This document shows positions 1 through 8,994 of a stretch of DNA of 64,000 nt, piece by piece (position 1 is the stretch's first letter; every line of letters begins with the position of its first letter). The stretch is from a virus. Lineage: Duplodnaviria > Caudoviricetes. The stretch covers positions 1-64,000 of IMG/VR virus record IMGVR_UViG_2556921664_000001; one strand, written 5' to 3'. Under the pieces are notes generated by a model, which was not told where the DNA came from, did not search any database, and saw only the letters and a program-made list of their open reading frames with translations. The translations under genes and the position numbers were made by a program.

Positions 1-1182
1 CTAGTCACTCAATAGTTGAGTATCTTCACCCATTAACATTTTTTCAAAGCTACCGTATATAAATTCTTCTTTTATACGTCTCTTAACTTCCTGATCTGAA
101 ATTATTAGCATGATGGTACCTAGCATACCTCCCCAGTCAATTTCACGTAAGGCTTTTGGATTTTTAGTTAAGTACATCTCTACTAATTTATAAATAGTAT
201 GACTTCCTGTAGCAATGACATTAGAATACTCCAATATTTTCATGGTCTTTACACTATGAAGTTCTCTATCACGAACAGCTACTGAATCACATGTTAACAT
301 GTGAAGCGTACTTATAAACACGTTAATCAGTGCCTGAATTTTCATAGACGTAGTCGCTTTTATTATGTCACCAAAATTTATATACTTTGTTAGCTCCTCT
401 GCTTGTTTATTACTTAGAATTAGATTTGCTCCAGGAATTTCAATTCCGCACGTAGTAAATGTATCAGTCGCAATATGGATAATTTGCTTAATCAATGCAG
501 CTGCCAAAACCTTAGGATCGTCACAAATTCTATCTGCGACCCTAGACAACATCACAGAACTGGAACCGATATCGGTAATTACTGGGTTTTTCCCATTAGC
601 ATCATATCCAACATGACATGTAATTGGTAAAGAAAAAAATTCGTGAGACCTACATGTAATTGTATTAGTAATAATGTTTGATGTACCAATAACAAGCCCA
701 ATTAGTGGATCGTGCCCCAAAGTTGCAAATCTATGATTTGCTCCTTTAAAAAATCCATAATTCACATTTGCATATTTCGTGGCATCGTAAGGTACACCCT
801 TTGTTGTTATAATATGATCCATAGAAGCAAAATAAGGCGTATTATTTCCGTATCCATCAAAAACGCCCAAAACATTCTTCTGTTTTTCATGTAGCCATTT
901 TTCTATTTGGTTCTCTGATCCAGCTTTTTCTATCTTTGTTAATTTATTAATAAGAATGATTCTTGCAAGCTGAAGTGCTGTAGCAAAAAACAAAAAACCA
1001 AAATCAGAAAAATTTAGTGATGTCTTTTTGCTAAATTCATCATCTAAATCAGCCATAATGCTGTTTGTATTTACCACAACATCATGAGCTCGTATAATTT
1101 CTTTTGTATTTTTTTGTGTTCGTTGTTCTAAATCATTTATTTGTCTGTCTGCATTCTTGAATAATTCTTCAAAATCATTCAT
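1..1182 (-). CDS. Hypothetical protein (393 aa): N-terminal coiled coil, hydrophobic segments, HRFATLGHDP motif
   Basis: Long complete ORF (stop at 1-3) starting 3 bp after the upstream gene; hydrophobic stretch FGFLFFATALQLARIILI. Confidence 0.7.
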   Translation of the reverse strand: MNDFEELFKNADRQINDLEQRTQKNTKEIIRAHDVVVNTNSIMADLDDEFSKKTSLNFSDFGFLFFATALQLARIILINKLTKIEKAGSENQIEKWLHEKQKNVLGVFDGYGNNTPYFASMDHIITTKGVPYDATKYANVNYGFFKGANHRFATLGHDPLIGLVIGTSNIITNTITCRSHEFFSLPITCHVGYDANGKNPVITDIGSSSVMLSRVADRICDDPKVLAAALIKQIIHIATDTFTTCGIEIPGANLILSNKQAEELTKYINFGDIIKATTSMKIQALINVFISTLHMLTCDSVAVRDRELHSVKTMKILEYSNVIATGSHTIYKLVEMYLTKNPKALREIDWGGMLGTIMLIISDQEVKRRIKEEFIYGSFEKMLMGEDTQLLSD

Positions 1183-1185
1183 GAC

Positions 1186-1797
1186 TTACCTCGCAAGCAT
1201 ATTCTCGTAATAGCTCTTCTTTTGCATTAGTTTAGTTATGAGTTTCATCGCTTTCTCAAAAGATTCATCAGATGTCTTTTTAAACTCTAAAAGATTTGCT
1301 ATAACTTTATCTATTTTCTCTTGCTCTAATTTTATTTTTTTCTCAAAAATATCTTTTGTTTTATTGAAACCATATTGAATTGCTTCTTTATAATCCGGGA
1401 GAATCTCTTTTGGTATTGGACCCAGACCCAGTATCAACTCCCTAGCTATCGCTTTACTTATATCATTCGCTATTAACGAACCAGAGAAAATATTTCCATT
1501 TTCCAATACCATTCCGTTTTTTTCACGATATCTTTTCTCTAGTTCATCTATTTCATTATTTAACTTTTCATACATTATTTTAATTTGTTTTTTCTTTGAT
1601 TCGTAGTCCTTCTTCTCATCAGATACTATTTTTTCAAGCATCTTATTATGAGAAACTAAATCATCAAAAATAGGCTCGTATATTTTACTTGCTATAGTAG
1701 CACCTTTTCTTTGGGCCTCATATCTTTCATCCTCAGAAATAATACCAATTCCATGCATCCTTGCAACTTGTGCAAATGTATTCCCTAGCAATCCCAT
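1186..1797 (-). CDS. Hypothetical coiled-coil protein (203 aa)
   Basis: ORF with GGGGGAAT RBS; K/E-rich heptads; co-oriented with 1..1182. Confidence 0.7.
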   Translation of the reverse strand: MGLLGNTFAQVARMHGIGIISEDERYEAQRKGATIASKIYEPIFDDLVSHNKMLEKIVSDEKKDYESKKKQIKIMYEKLNNEIDELEKRYREKNGMVLENGNIFSGSLIANDISKAIARELILGLGPIPKEILPDYKEAIQYGFNKTKDIFEKKIKLEQEKIDKVIANLLEFKKTSDESFEKAMKLITKLMQKKSYYENMLAR

Positions 1798-1852
1798 AAG
1801 TTATTCCCCCCGATATGTTTGAATAAAACTATACCATTTAATATAATAACGC

Positions 1853-1894
1853 AAAAAACGCCTAAGCAAAATCTTTTTTTGCCCAAGCGTTTTT
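1853..1894 (-). terminator. Probable intrinsic terminator after the recombinase cassette
   Basis: AAAAACGC/GCGTTTTT arms with inner GCAAAA/TTTTGC. Confidence 0.4.
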
Positions 1895-1900
1895 CAATAG

Positions 1901-2272
1901 CTATTCATTACTACATTCCAAATATTTGTCTATTTCACAGGCCTCACTAATTACGAATGATACTATTCTCGGATTCGATTCCATTTTACCCACAATTCGA
2001 TAATCCTTCGAATCGGATAAACCGTTCAAGGCCATTATATCATGTACATATTTCTTACTACAAATAAATGCCATTAAACCGTGCTGCCCCTTTATAACAC
2101 GAAATGACATAGGGTGCTTGTCTTTACATGCACCAAGTGCAATTTTATCCCTTTTAGGGGTCTGAAATAAGCATACATAATCAGGACTGCCAAGATATTC
2201 TATCACCTTACTGTGGACATAGATTATTTCATGCGGTGCCATTACTGTAATACACGGATTCTTTAATACCAT
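1901..2272 (-). CDS. Recombinase-associated hypothetical protein (123 aa)
   Basis: Overlaps upstream stop; PCITV...YRIVG...FVISEA pattern shared with the neighbours. Confidence 0.7.
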   Translation of the reverse strand: MVLKNPCITVMAPHEIIYVHSKVIEYLGSPDYVCLFQTPKRDKIALGACKDKHPMSFRVIKGQHGLMAFICSKKYVHDIMALNGLSDSKDYRIVGKMESNPRIVSFVISEACEIDKYLECSNE

Positions 2273-3009
2273 TATGCATCATCTCCTGCTGTATTATTGA
2301 ACAAACTATTATCCATCGGTTGGTCACTGTAATCTGAAAATTCTTCAAACTTACTTGCTTCTCTGGCCTGCAAGTAATCACTGTAAGATAAACCAATGCG
2401 CTTCTTATACTTGTCTGGATAATACTGGATAGATTTCTTCTTTTCTTTTATCTCTCCGGTTTCTTCATCAATTACTTCCTCCACGGATGATACATACATC
2501 AAGGCATCTTCCAACTCGAAAACCAGCATCAACCCCTTGGAAGACATTCGTATTTCCCCCATCACCTTATATCTGCATTCCTCATTCCAGTCCATAAAAT
2601 CGAAGACCTTTTTCATCAATTCAGCATTTCTGATATCTTTTACTACCAACTTTCCATCATCTTTTTTCTTTCCCCAGCATACAGACGAAGCCTCCTCTTC
2701 CTTGCAAGGAACAACACCTATTTTCTTTTTCCCTTGATGAACAATAGGCAACACTTGGCTTATTCCAGCAAATAGTCTCAAACATGCTACATTGAAATGA
2801 AATTTATCTGTCTTGAGAGTAATTGCGGGCTTATTTACCATAGAGAACTGAATTCTGGGTGGCACTTCATACCCTTCTAGTTCCTCATACAATAATTCCT
2901 GATTATTCTCCATCCTGGCTTCAACGAATTGTTGCAGCAATTCATATTCCTTTTGGCTCATATGAAAACTCTTTGTATTTTGCTTATCCATTCTGTTCCT
3001 CCCCCACAA
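2272..3009 (-). CDS. Recombinase-associated hypothetical protein (245 aa; start may be the later MDKQ)
   Basis: Abuts recombinase stop; PAITL...FNVACL...YKVMG...FELEDA pattern. Confidence 0.75.
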   Translation of the reverse strand: MWGRNRMDKQNTKSFHMSQKEYELLQQFVEARMENNQELLYEELEGYEVPPRIQFSMVNKPAITLKTDKFHFNVACLRLFAGISQVLPIVHQGKKKIGVVPCKEEEASSVCWGKKKDDGKLVVKDIRNAELMKKVFDFMDWNEECRYKVMGEIRMSSKGLMLVFELEDALMYVSSVEEVIDEETGEIKEKKKSIQYYPDKYKKRIGLSYSDYLQAREASKFEEFSDYSDQPMDNSLFNNTAGDDA

Positions 3010-4878
3010 TTACATTGAAGCCACAAGAGCATTCAATTCTTCAGCTATTTTCTTACGATCAGGTAACTGCCCAATTAATGGATTTGTTACCTGATTTCCT
3101 TCTGCCTCTATATCTTCACGAGTTATATCTGATAGTGTTCTACTACGCTTTTCACGGTCTTTCATACTTACACCTATAGACCTAACCTCAGCATCGTAGA
3201 TATCAATATACTTAACACCTTTATCTGATGTTACGTCTTTCGTATCCGGTATAACCAATGGATCATCTAAAAAGAAGAACATTATTTTCTTACCCTTGCG
3301 TTCCTTTGTTATTCCACGAAACCTGAAACTATATGATTTCTTCCATCCCATATTTTCATATACAATAGACGAAAACACCCTTGAAGCCATTGTTCCGATT
3401 ATTTTTCCATCCTCATGCTGCCATATTATTGATGTACTACTACTTTCCGCTCCTTCCCTGACAATAAGCATCTGTAAAAGCGGATTATATCCTATTTCTA
3501 TGTATTTGCAGTTATCTAACCTATCATGGCAAGTCTTGTTAAACTTAATGTTTTTAGTGCTCATCGTCAGAGTTGGAGTACGGCAGGTAATAAAGCCCGC
3601 GCCATAAGGAACCTGATAACCATGGAAATCTATTCTGGAAACCTTGCTATGCTCAAATCCGGCTATTATACCATTATTCTCCATAACAGAATCTAATTCA
3701 TCCACGCCATATACGTCTTTACATATAGAGTTGAGGACATCTCTGTTAATCCCTTTCCATGAGGGATTAATGGAAATAAAGCCCTTCAACGCTCCTTTAG
3801 GAATAATCTTGATATCTGTAACTCCATTTCTCGTAGAACCTATGCTGCTGCAAACCAATGCGGCAGCTTTTGCTATTTCAGGACTTACAATAGCTTCATG
3901 ATGATTTTCAACGTAAGCAGAGCACCGTTCTCCGTCATTTGCTTTGTTAATACCAAGTTTATAGTCCGTTACAATAGTTTTTCTGGCCTCCAGGTCTCCC
4001 CATCTTCGCTCATTAAACAATACCGCTCTTACCATATTGGAATTCCATGTTGTTTTCCCCTGTAAGGTAGGCCGGTTCTTTTGGGTAAGGAACTCTGCAA
4101 TAGCTGATGAACCCATGCCCAAGACATAAGCAAGGAATATGAATTTTACAGTTTTTGCTTCCTCCGGCTCTATGTTCAGCTTGCCATCTTTTGTATGCCG
4201 ATACCCCAACAAATCTGCCACGGGATATTGTCCTGTCATAATTCTTTGATCATAAGACAAAATCATGCGTCTGCTTTTATTGGCTGACTCCCAATCTGCA
4301 AGCAGGGCATGTATTCCCAGTGCCTGATCACCATCCGGATTAAGGGTATATATATTTTCAGTTTCAAAGTACACTCCAACGGGATGGGATGGATTAAATG
4401 ACTTTAATCTAGCCACCTGGTCAAGGCAATCAGATATGTTTCTGGCAAACCTTGATACGCTGGCACAGATTATCATGTCCATCTCCTGATTTTTTGCATC
4501 TGTAAGCATCTGCCTAAATGCGTCCCTATGCCGTATAGAGGTCCCGGATTTCCCCTCATCACTATAGATATTCTGTAATTTCCAGTTCGGATTTTCTGCT
4601 ATCTTTTTTTCATAGTACAGAGTCTGGTTTTCTATTGAAGAAACCTGTTCCTCACTTGATGTACTTACTCTTGCGTAAACTGCTACTCTTTTGGGTTCAT
4701 CATCATCAATACTAGGGGCCGGCTTTGCAGGTCTGAAATTCTTGCGTGCCTCTTCGTAATTTCGACCAGCTTCCTGTATCCTGTTCCGGATATCAGTCTT
4801 ACGTTGTTCCTGCCCCACATGGCGTTCCTGCCAATTAGTATTTGTTTTATCCTCAGACATATATACACCCGCTATCAT
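3010..4878 (-). CDS. Large serine recombinase with C-terminal extension (622 aa)
   Basis: VAVYARVST catalytic Ser motif, SRFARN, recombinase domain LGY...EPEEAKTV. Confidence 0.92.
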   Translation of the reverse strand: MIAGVYMSEDKTNTNWQERHVGQEQRKTDIRNRIQEAGRNYEEARKNFRPAKPAPSIDDDEPKRVAVYARVSTSSEEQVSSIENQTLYYEKKIAENPNWKLQNIYSDEGKSGTSIRHRDAFRQMLTDAKNQEMDMIICASVSRFARNISDCLDQVARLKSFNPSHPVGVYFETENIYTLNPDGDQALGIHALLADWESANKSRRMILSYDQRIMTGQYPVADLLGYRHTKDGKLNIEPEEAKTVKFIFLAYVLGMGSSAIAEFLTQKNRPTLQGKTTWNSNMVRAVLFNERRWGDLEARKTIVTDYKLGINKANDGERCSAYVENHHEAIVSPEIAKAAALVCSSIGSTRNGVTDIKIIPKGALKGFISINPSWKGINRDVLNSICKDVYGVDELDSVMENNGIIAGFEHSKVSRIDFHGYQVPYGAGFITCRTPTLTMSTKNIKFNKTCHDRLDNCKYIEIGYNPLLQMLIVREGAESSSTSIIWQHEDGKIIGTMASRVFSSIVYENMGWKKSYSFRFRGITKERKGKKIMFFFLDDPLVIPDTKDVTSDKGVKYIDIYDAEVRSIGVSMKDREKRSRTLSDITREDIEAEGNQVTNPLIGQLPDRKKIAEELNALVASM

Positions 4879-5357
4879 TTAATTTTATCCATGGCCTTTT
4901 CCAACTTGCCAAGCCATGTTTTATATTCATCCTTTTTTATATTGACGTACTGAACAGCAGTATTACGCAGTAAAGTGCGTTGATTTTCCGAATTGAGTAA
5001 TGTATCAATTCTCCTGTCATTATCATCTGTTTTGATATCAACTCTATACTCGAGCTCAAACAAGTAATTTAACAAAAAGAACAGTTCCTCAGTATTGGCA
5101 GCAAGATATGCCCTTGTTTGAACACATATAACGTCTATCTGGCCCATGCTGCAGTCGCGCAGTAAATGGACCATTTCAGGCCGTCTATATATGTTCTTAT
5201 TGCCGGTTATGTCAATGTAAATCCCCTGTACGCTTATATTCTCGTCATTGGCATAACGCTCTACAAAATATCTGCTAGTTACCTCAATTACCTTATCTTT
5301 GGATTTTTCCCATAGTTTAGCCAGCTTAACATATCCGGCAGCTCTCAGTTTTGACAA
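4875..5357 (-). CDS. Resolvase N-terminal-like protein lacking the canonical catalytic motif (160 aa)
   Basis: AAGYVKL in place of YxRVS; RRPEMVHLLRDCSMGQIDVI resembles the resolvase core; overlaps recombinase start. Confidence 0.65.
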   Translation of the reverse strand: MSKLRAAGYVKLAKLWEKSKDKVIEVTSRYFVERYANDENISVQGIYIDITGNKNIYRRPEMVHLLRDCSMGQIDVICVQTRAYLAANTEELFFLLNYLFELEYRVDIKTDDNDRRIDTLLNSENQRTLLRNTAVQYVNIKKDEYKTWLGKLEKAMDKIK

Positions 5358-5378
5358 TTATACCCTCTCCACCAGCGA

Positions 5379-6455
5379 TTATTTCCAATACCATTGATTA
5401 TTAGCCCTATATGATTCAATGCCCAAAAGGCTCTTTACTTCATTCACTGTTCGCATACCAATACCTTTTTCCGAAAAAAATGATGCAACCTCACTGGCTT
5501 TTATAGGTCCTTTTCTAAGAAGTTGAATAAGGTTCTTTGCTACATCATCCCTCTTTGATATTTTCTTTTTCTTTTTTTCATATAATTCTCGTATTTCTCC
5601 ATCATCATTAATCTGCCCCACCCATTTAAAACCGTGGGATGAGCCAATTTCAAATCCTATTGTTTTGCCTAATGGCGCCAAACTGCTTTTAACATGCTGT
5701 ACACATCTTATATTCTTTAGACTTTTGTGTTTACTAACGTATAAAACACTTCTTGCTGAAGCAATAAAATCTATGCTCCCCATGCTTCGGTACAAATCTT
5801 TGGCATGTTCCTTCTTCGTCATATGCCCCACAAGTATTACGGCACATTTTTGTTTATTAGCCCAATTGTTAATAGATTTCATCACTTGCCTAATGCTCCC
5901 TACGTTAAACATAGAGGCATCGTCACCGATATAGGCTTGAATAGGATCTATAACTACCAGTCTTGCTCCAAATGATTCCACTGCCTGTCGTAATCTATCA
6001 TCACTAATTTTTAATGGGGACTCCTGCTCAGAAATAAATGCGACTTTTCTACAATCCGCTCCATATCGTTCCAGACGAGGCTTTATTGTATCCTCAATGC
6101 CATCTTCTGAACACTGATATATTGTTTTTACCGGAAACGGCAGCTTATTTCCGGATGGCATATATCCACTGGTAGATAATGTTGATATTAAGTTCACAAT
6201 CATTGTTGACTTTCCATCACCCGGATCACCTTGAAGAAGAGTGATTTTCCCATAGGGGATATATGGATACCATAGCCATTCTACAGGTTGACTTTTTACT
6301 TCGCTATAGAGCGTATATTCAGTTTCGTCCATACTATCTATCACTTCCTTCCGTAAAAAATTATATCTGCAATATTGCAGAATGTCGTCTACCCACTGGT
6401 TAGATTTTTCTGAAAAAAATCTCCCCTGTGGTATTATTTTTTGCCTTTTTTTCAC
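5379..6455 (-). CDS. AAA_25 / RepA-like (RecA-fold) ATPase-helicase
   Basis: VEWLWYPYIPYGKITLLQGDPGDGKS Walker A; LVVIDPIQ Walker B; true start uncertain. Confidence 0.85.
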   Translation of the reverse strand: MKKRQKIIPQGRFFSEKSNQWVDDILQYCRYNFLRKEVIDSMDETEYTLYSEVKSQPVEWLWYPYIPYGKITLLQGDPGDGKSTMIVNLISTLSTSGYMPSGNKLPFPVKTIYQCSEDGIEDTIKPRLERYGADCRKVAFISEQESPLKISDDRLRQAVESFGARLVVIDPIQAYIGDDASMFNVGSIRQVMKSINNWANKQKCAVILVGHMTKKEHAKDLYRSMGSIDFIASARSVLYVSKHKSLKNIRCVQHVKSSLAPLGKTIGFEIGSSHGFKWVGQINDDGEIRELYEKKKKKISKRDDVAKNLIQLLRKGPIKASEVASFFSEKGIGMRTVNEVKSLLGIESYRANNQWYWK

Positions 6456-6575
6456 TAAGAATGCATAAAACGTGGGGAGAGAAAATATTGCAGTCTTTTC
6501 ATCCTTAGTTGATTATTTCATTGCGTAGAGTTAATATACCAATGCCTATGCAGGGCTCTATAACTGGAGGTTTAT

Positions 6576-6896
6576 ATGAAAGATATAGGCAATAAAATCA
6601 GGCAATATCGCAAAGAAAACAATCTAAGCCAGGAAGCGCTTGCTGAGAAAGTCGATGTAAATAAAAACTTTATTTACAAGTTGGAATCTGATCAAAAATC
6701 ATTATCCCTGCAACTAGCTATCAAAATGGCAAATGCCCTTAATATCTCATTAGATGAATTATTTGCTGATGAGTTAACACACGAACACACCAATTATTTT
6801 TCTCTATTTGAGGATTGTAGCTATGCAGAAAAAGAGATTTTAATAAAGATTCTTCAAGAAATCAAAACTGTACTACATGGCTACACAATAAAGTAA
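6576..6896 (+). CDS. XRE-family HTH transcriptional regulator
   Basis: IGNKIRQYRKENNLSQEALAEKVDV...LE pattern. Confidence 0.9.
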   Translation: MKDIGNKIRQYRKENNLSQEALAEKVDVNKNFIYKLESDQKSLSLQLAIKMANALNISLDELFADELTHEHTNYFSLFEDCSYAEKEILIKILQEIKTVLHGYTIK

Positions 6897-6910
6897 TATA
6901 AAAAAAGAGA

Positions 6911-6965
6911 CCTGCGTAGGCTACAGCAGCACCCGCATCAGGGTGCTCGCTCTGGTCTACGCAGG
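6911..6965. terminator. Long nested hairpin, probable bidirectional terminator between convergent genes
   Basis: CCTGCGTAGGC/GTCTACGCAGG outer stem and AGCACCC/GGGTGCT inner stem; A-run on the left, T-rich on the right. Confidence 0.6.
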
Positions 6966-6985
6966 CTTTCTTATAGGATAAAATC

Positions 6986-8545
6986 CTAAATTTCAATTTC
7001 TACCATTTGCCCATGTTTAAAAACAATCTCTATCTTGTCTTCATAAATAATAATGTCTCTAATAAGTTTTCTTGTTAAACTGTCATCATATTCCTTAATT
7101 CCATCAGATTGGCTATCAAGAAAATCCCTGATCCAAGAAAGCAGCTCCCCTTCCTGCTTACAGTCCACATCCGTTTTAATCATCCTGCTACGCTCTTCTT
7201 TCAGATTATCAATTTTCTCCAATAAAGCACCACAAGCATTACCGCTCTTTACTGCATCCACGACCTGCTGCTCCAAATCTTTGATTCGCAGGTCCAGGGT
7301 GCCTGTCAAACTGTTTCCCTTGGTACCTACTACCTTCAAGATATTTGCCTTAACCGATTCCATAATGTCCTGTCTTTTTTCAATAAGGCTATTTATTGCC
7401 TTAACCACTGCGTCCTCTACGATTCTATTATCAATACTTTTAAGGTCGCATACGTCTACACCGTTATCCATTCTATTGCGGCAACGCCACATAATCTTTT
7501 TCCCACCGATGTACCAATGAACTCGGTTCATTACAGCTCCGCAATTTCCACACTTACATACATTGGAAAGTCCGTGCTTTGCACTATACGATCGTTTCAT
7601 TTTTTTCATTTCAGCACGTCGCTGTATCTCTTCCTGAACCCTTGAAAAAACAGCTCTGCTGATAATTGGCTCGTGATGGTCCTCAATATAATACTGCACT
7701 TCCCGACCATCATTAGGTATTCTGGTCTTATTCAGCACATCAACTGTTATTGTCTTTTGGAGCATGGCATCCCCCACATACTTTTCATTGGTAAGAATCT
7801 GACGAATATTGGAAGTTCCCCACTTTTTTCTTCCAGCCCCATTCTTTATACCATCCCGTTCAAGGCCAGCCTTTATCTGGTCCATGCTACTTCCGTCCAG
7901 ATATTCCCTATAAATCCGTTTTACAATCTCTGCCTGTTCAGGATCTACAACAAGGTTCCCTTCCTCATCTTTGGTATAACCAAGGAACCAATTATGGTTA
8001 ATGGAAATCTTACCTCTTTGATAGCGGAACTTCAGCCCCATTTTTACATTTTTGCTTAAAGACTCACTCTCCTGCTGTGCCAAGGAAGCCATGATGGTTA
8101 TCATGATTTCTCCCTGGCTATCAAAGGTACGGATATTTTCTTTCTCAAACCTTATCTCCACCCCTTTTTCTTTGAGCATTCTAATGTACTTTAGGCAATC
8201 AACGGTGTTTCTGGCAAATCGGCTGATGGATTTTGTGATGATGAGGTCAATATTGCCTGACATGCAGGATTCTATCATCTTATTGAACCCTTCACGCTTT
8301 TTGGTATTTGTACCTGAAATACCATCATCCGTAAATATACCTGCCAGCTCCCACTGGGGCTCTTTGTTAATGAGGTCTGTGTAATATCTGACCTGCTCAT
8401 CGTAGCTTGTTGCCTGTTCCTCAGAATCCGTTGATACACGGCAGTATGCAGCCACTCTTTTCTTTGGCATTTCTTTAAAGGCTATTGGTGGAATATCCCC
8501 ATGCAATGGCCTTGTTGCTGGTATTGTTGTTATTCTTGCCATCAT
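6986..8545 (-). CDS. Large serine recombinase (519 aa) with Zn ribbon and coiled coil
   Basis: VAAYCRVST, SRFARNTVD, CKCGNCG...WRC Zn ribbon. Confidence 0.95.
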   Translation of the reverse strand: MMARITTIPATRPLHGDIPPIAFKEMPKKRVAAYCRVSTDSEEQATSYDEQVRYYTDLINKEPQWELAGIFTDDGISGTNTKKREGFNKMIESCMSGNIDLIITKSISRFARNTVDCLKYIRMLKEKGVEIRFEKENIRTFDSQGEIMITIMASLAQQESESLSKNVKMGLKFRYQRGKISINHNWFLGYTKDEEGNLVVDPEQAEIVKRIYREYLDGSSMDQIKAGLERDGIKNGAGRKKWGTSNIRQILTNEKYVGDAMLQKTITVDVLNKTRIPNDGREVQYYIEDHHEPIISRAVFSRVQEEIQRRAEMKKMKRSYSAKHGLSNVCKCGNCGAVMNRVHWYIGGKKIMWRCRNRMDNGVDVCDLKSIDNRIVEDAVVKAINSLIEKRQDIMESVKANILKVVGTKGNSLTGTLDLRIKDLEQQVVDAVKSGNACGALLEKIDNLKEERSRMIKTDVDCKQEGELLSWIRDFLDSQSDGIKEYDDSLTRKLIRDIIIYEDKIEIVFKHGQMVEIEI

Positions 8546-8994
8546 TACACCTCTTTAATTTGGCTATATAGATATTCTACCCTTCGGAAAGGATCTTCTA
8601 TATCGCATTCTGTTGACTCTAATACAAAATCAATCCCTATGCATGTTTCCCTAACCTTATGCTTCTTATTAAGCCGCCCCAATCTGGCAGCCCTCACATA
8701 TTTTTCCTGTTGGGCCTTGGCAAACACCTCATCAGAAATAAGTCTAGGATATATACCTTCGCCAATATAGGCCCTGTTTGTGAGAATCCTGCCAATACTG
8801 CAATGCCATGAGCTAATGCCAACAGCTTCTCCGACACAGTGCAATCCATATCCTTGAAGATAAAGCTCATACATTCTTATGACCTTGGGGCCATCAACCG
8901 GATCTATTACCAGTTCCCCATTTTTGATGCAGTAACCAAATGGTATGTGTGAAATCATGCTCTCACCAGCCTTTCCCTTAATCTTAGTCCGCAT
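8545..8994 (-). CDS. Short recombinase-domain-only protein (149 aa)
   Basis: HIPFGYCIKNGELVIDPVDG...ILTNRAYIG; no catalytic domain; middle gene of a triple cassette. Confidence 0.8.
   Translation of the reverse strand: MRTKIKGKAGESMISHIPFGYCIKNGELVIDPVDGPKVIRMYELYLQGYGLHCVGEAVGISSWHCSIGRILTNRAYIGEGIYPRLISDEVFAKAQQEKYVRAARLGRLNKKHKVRETCIGIDFVLESTECDIEDPFRRVEYLYSQIKEV

Larger units (their letters stand above)
1901..6896. mobile_element. Serine-recombinase cassette / integrative element remnant (AAA_25, resolvase-like gene, large serine recombinase, two accessory genes, XRE)
   Basis: Tightly coupled minus-strand genes including a large serine recombinase and a RepA-like ATPase; boundaries not identified. 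Confidence 0.55.
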
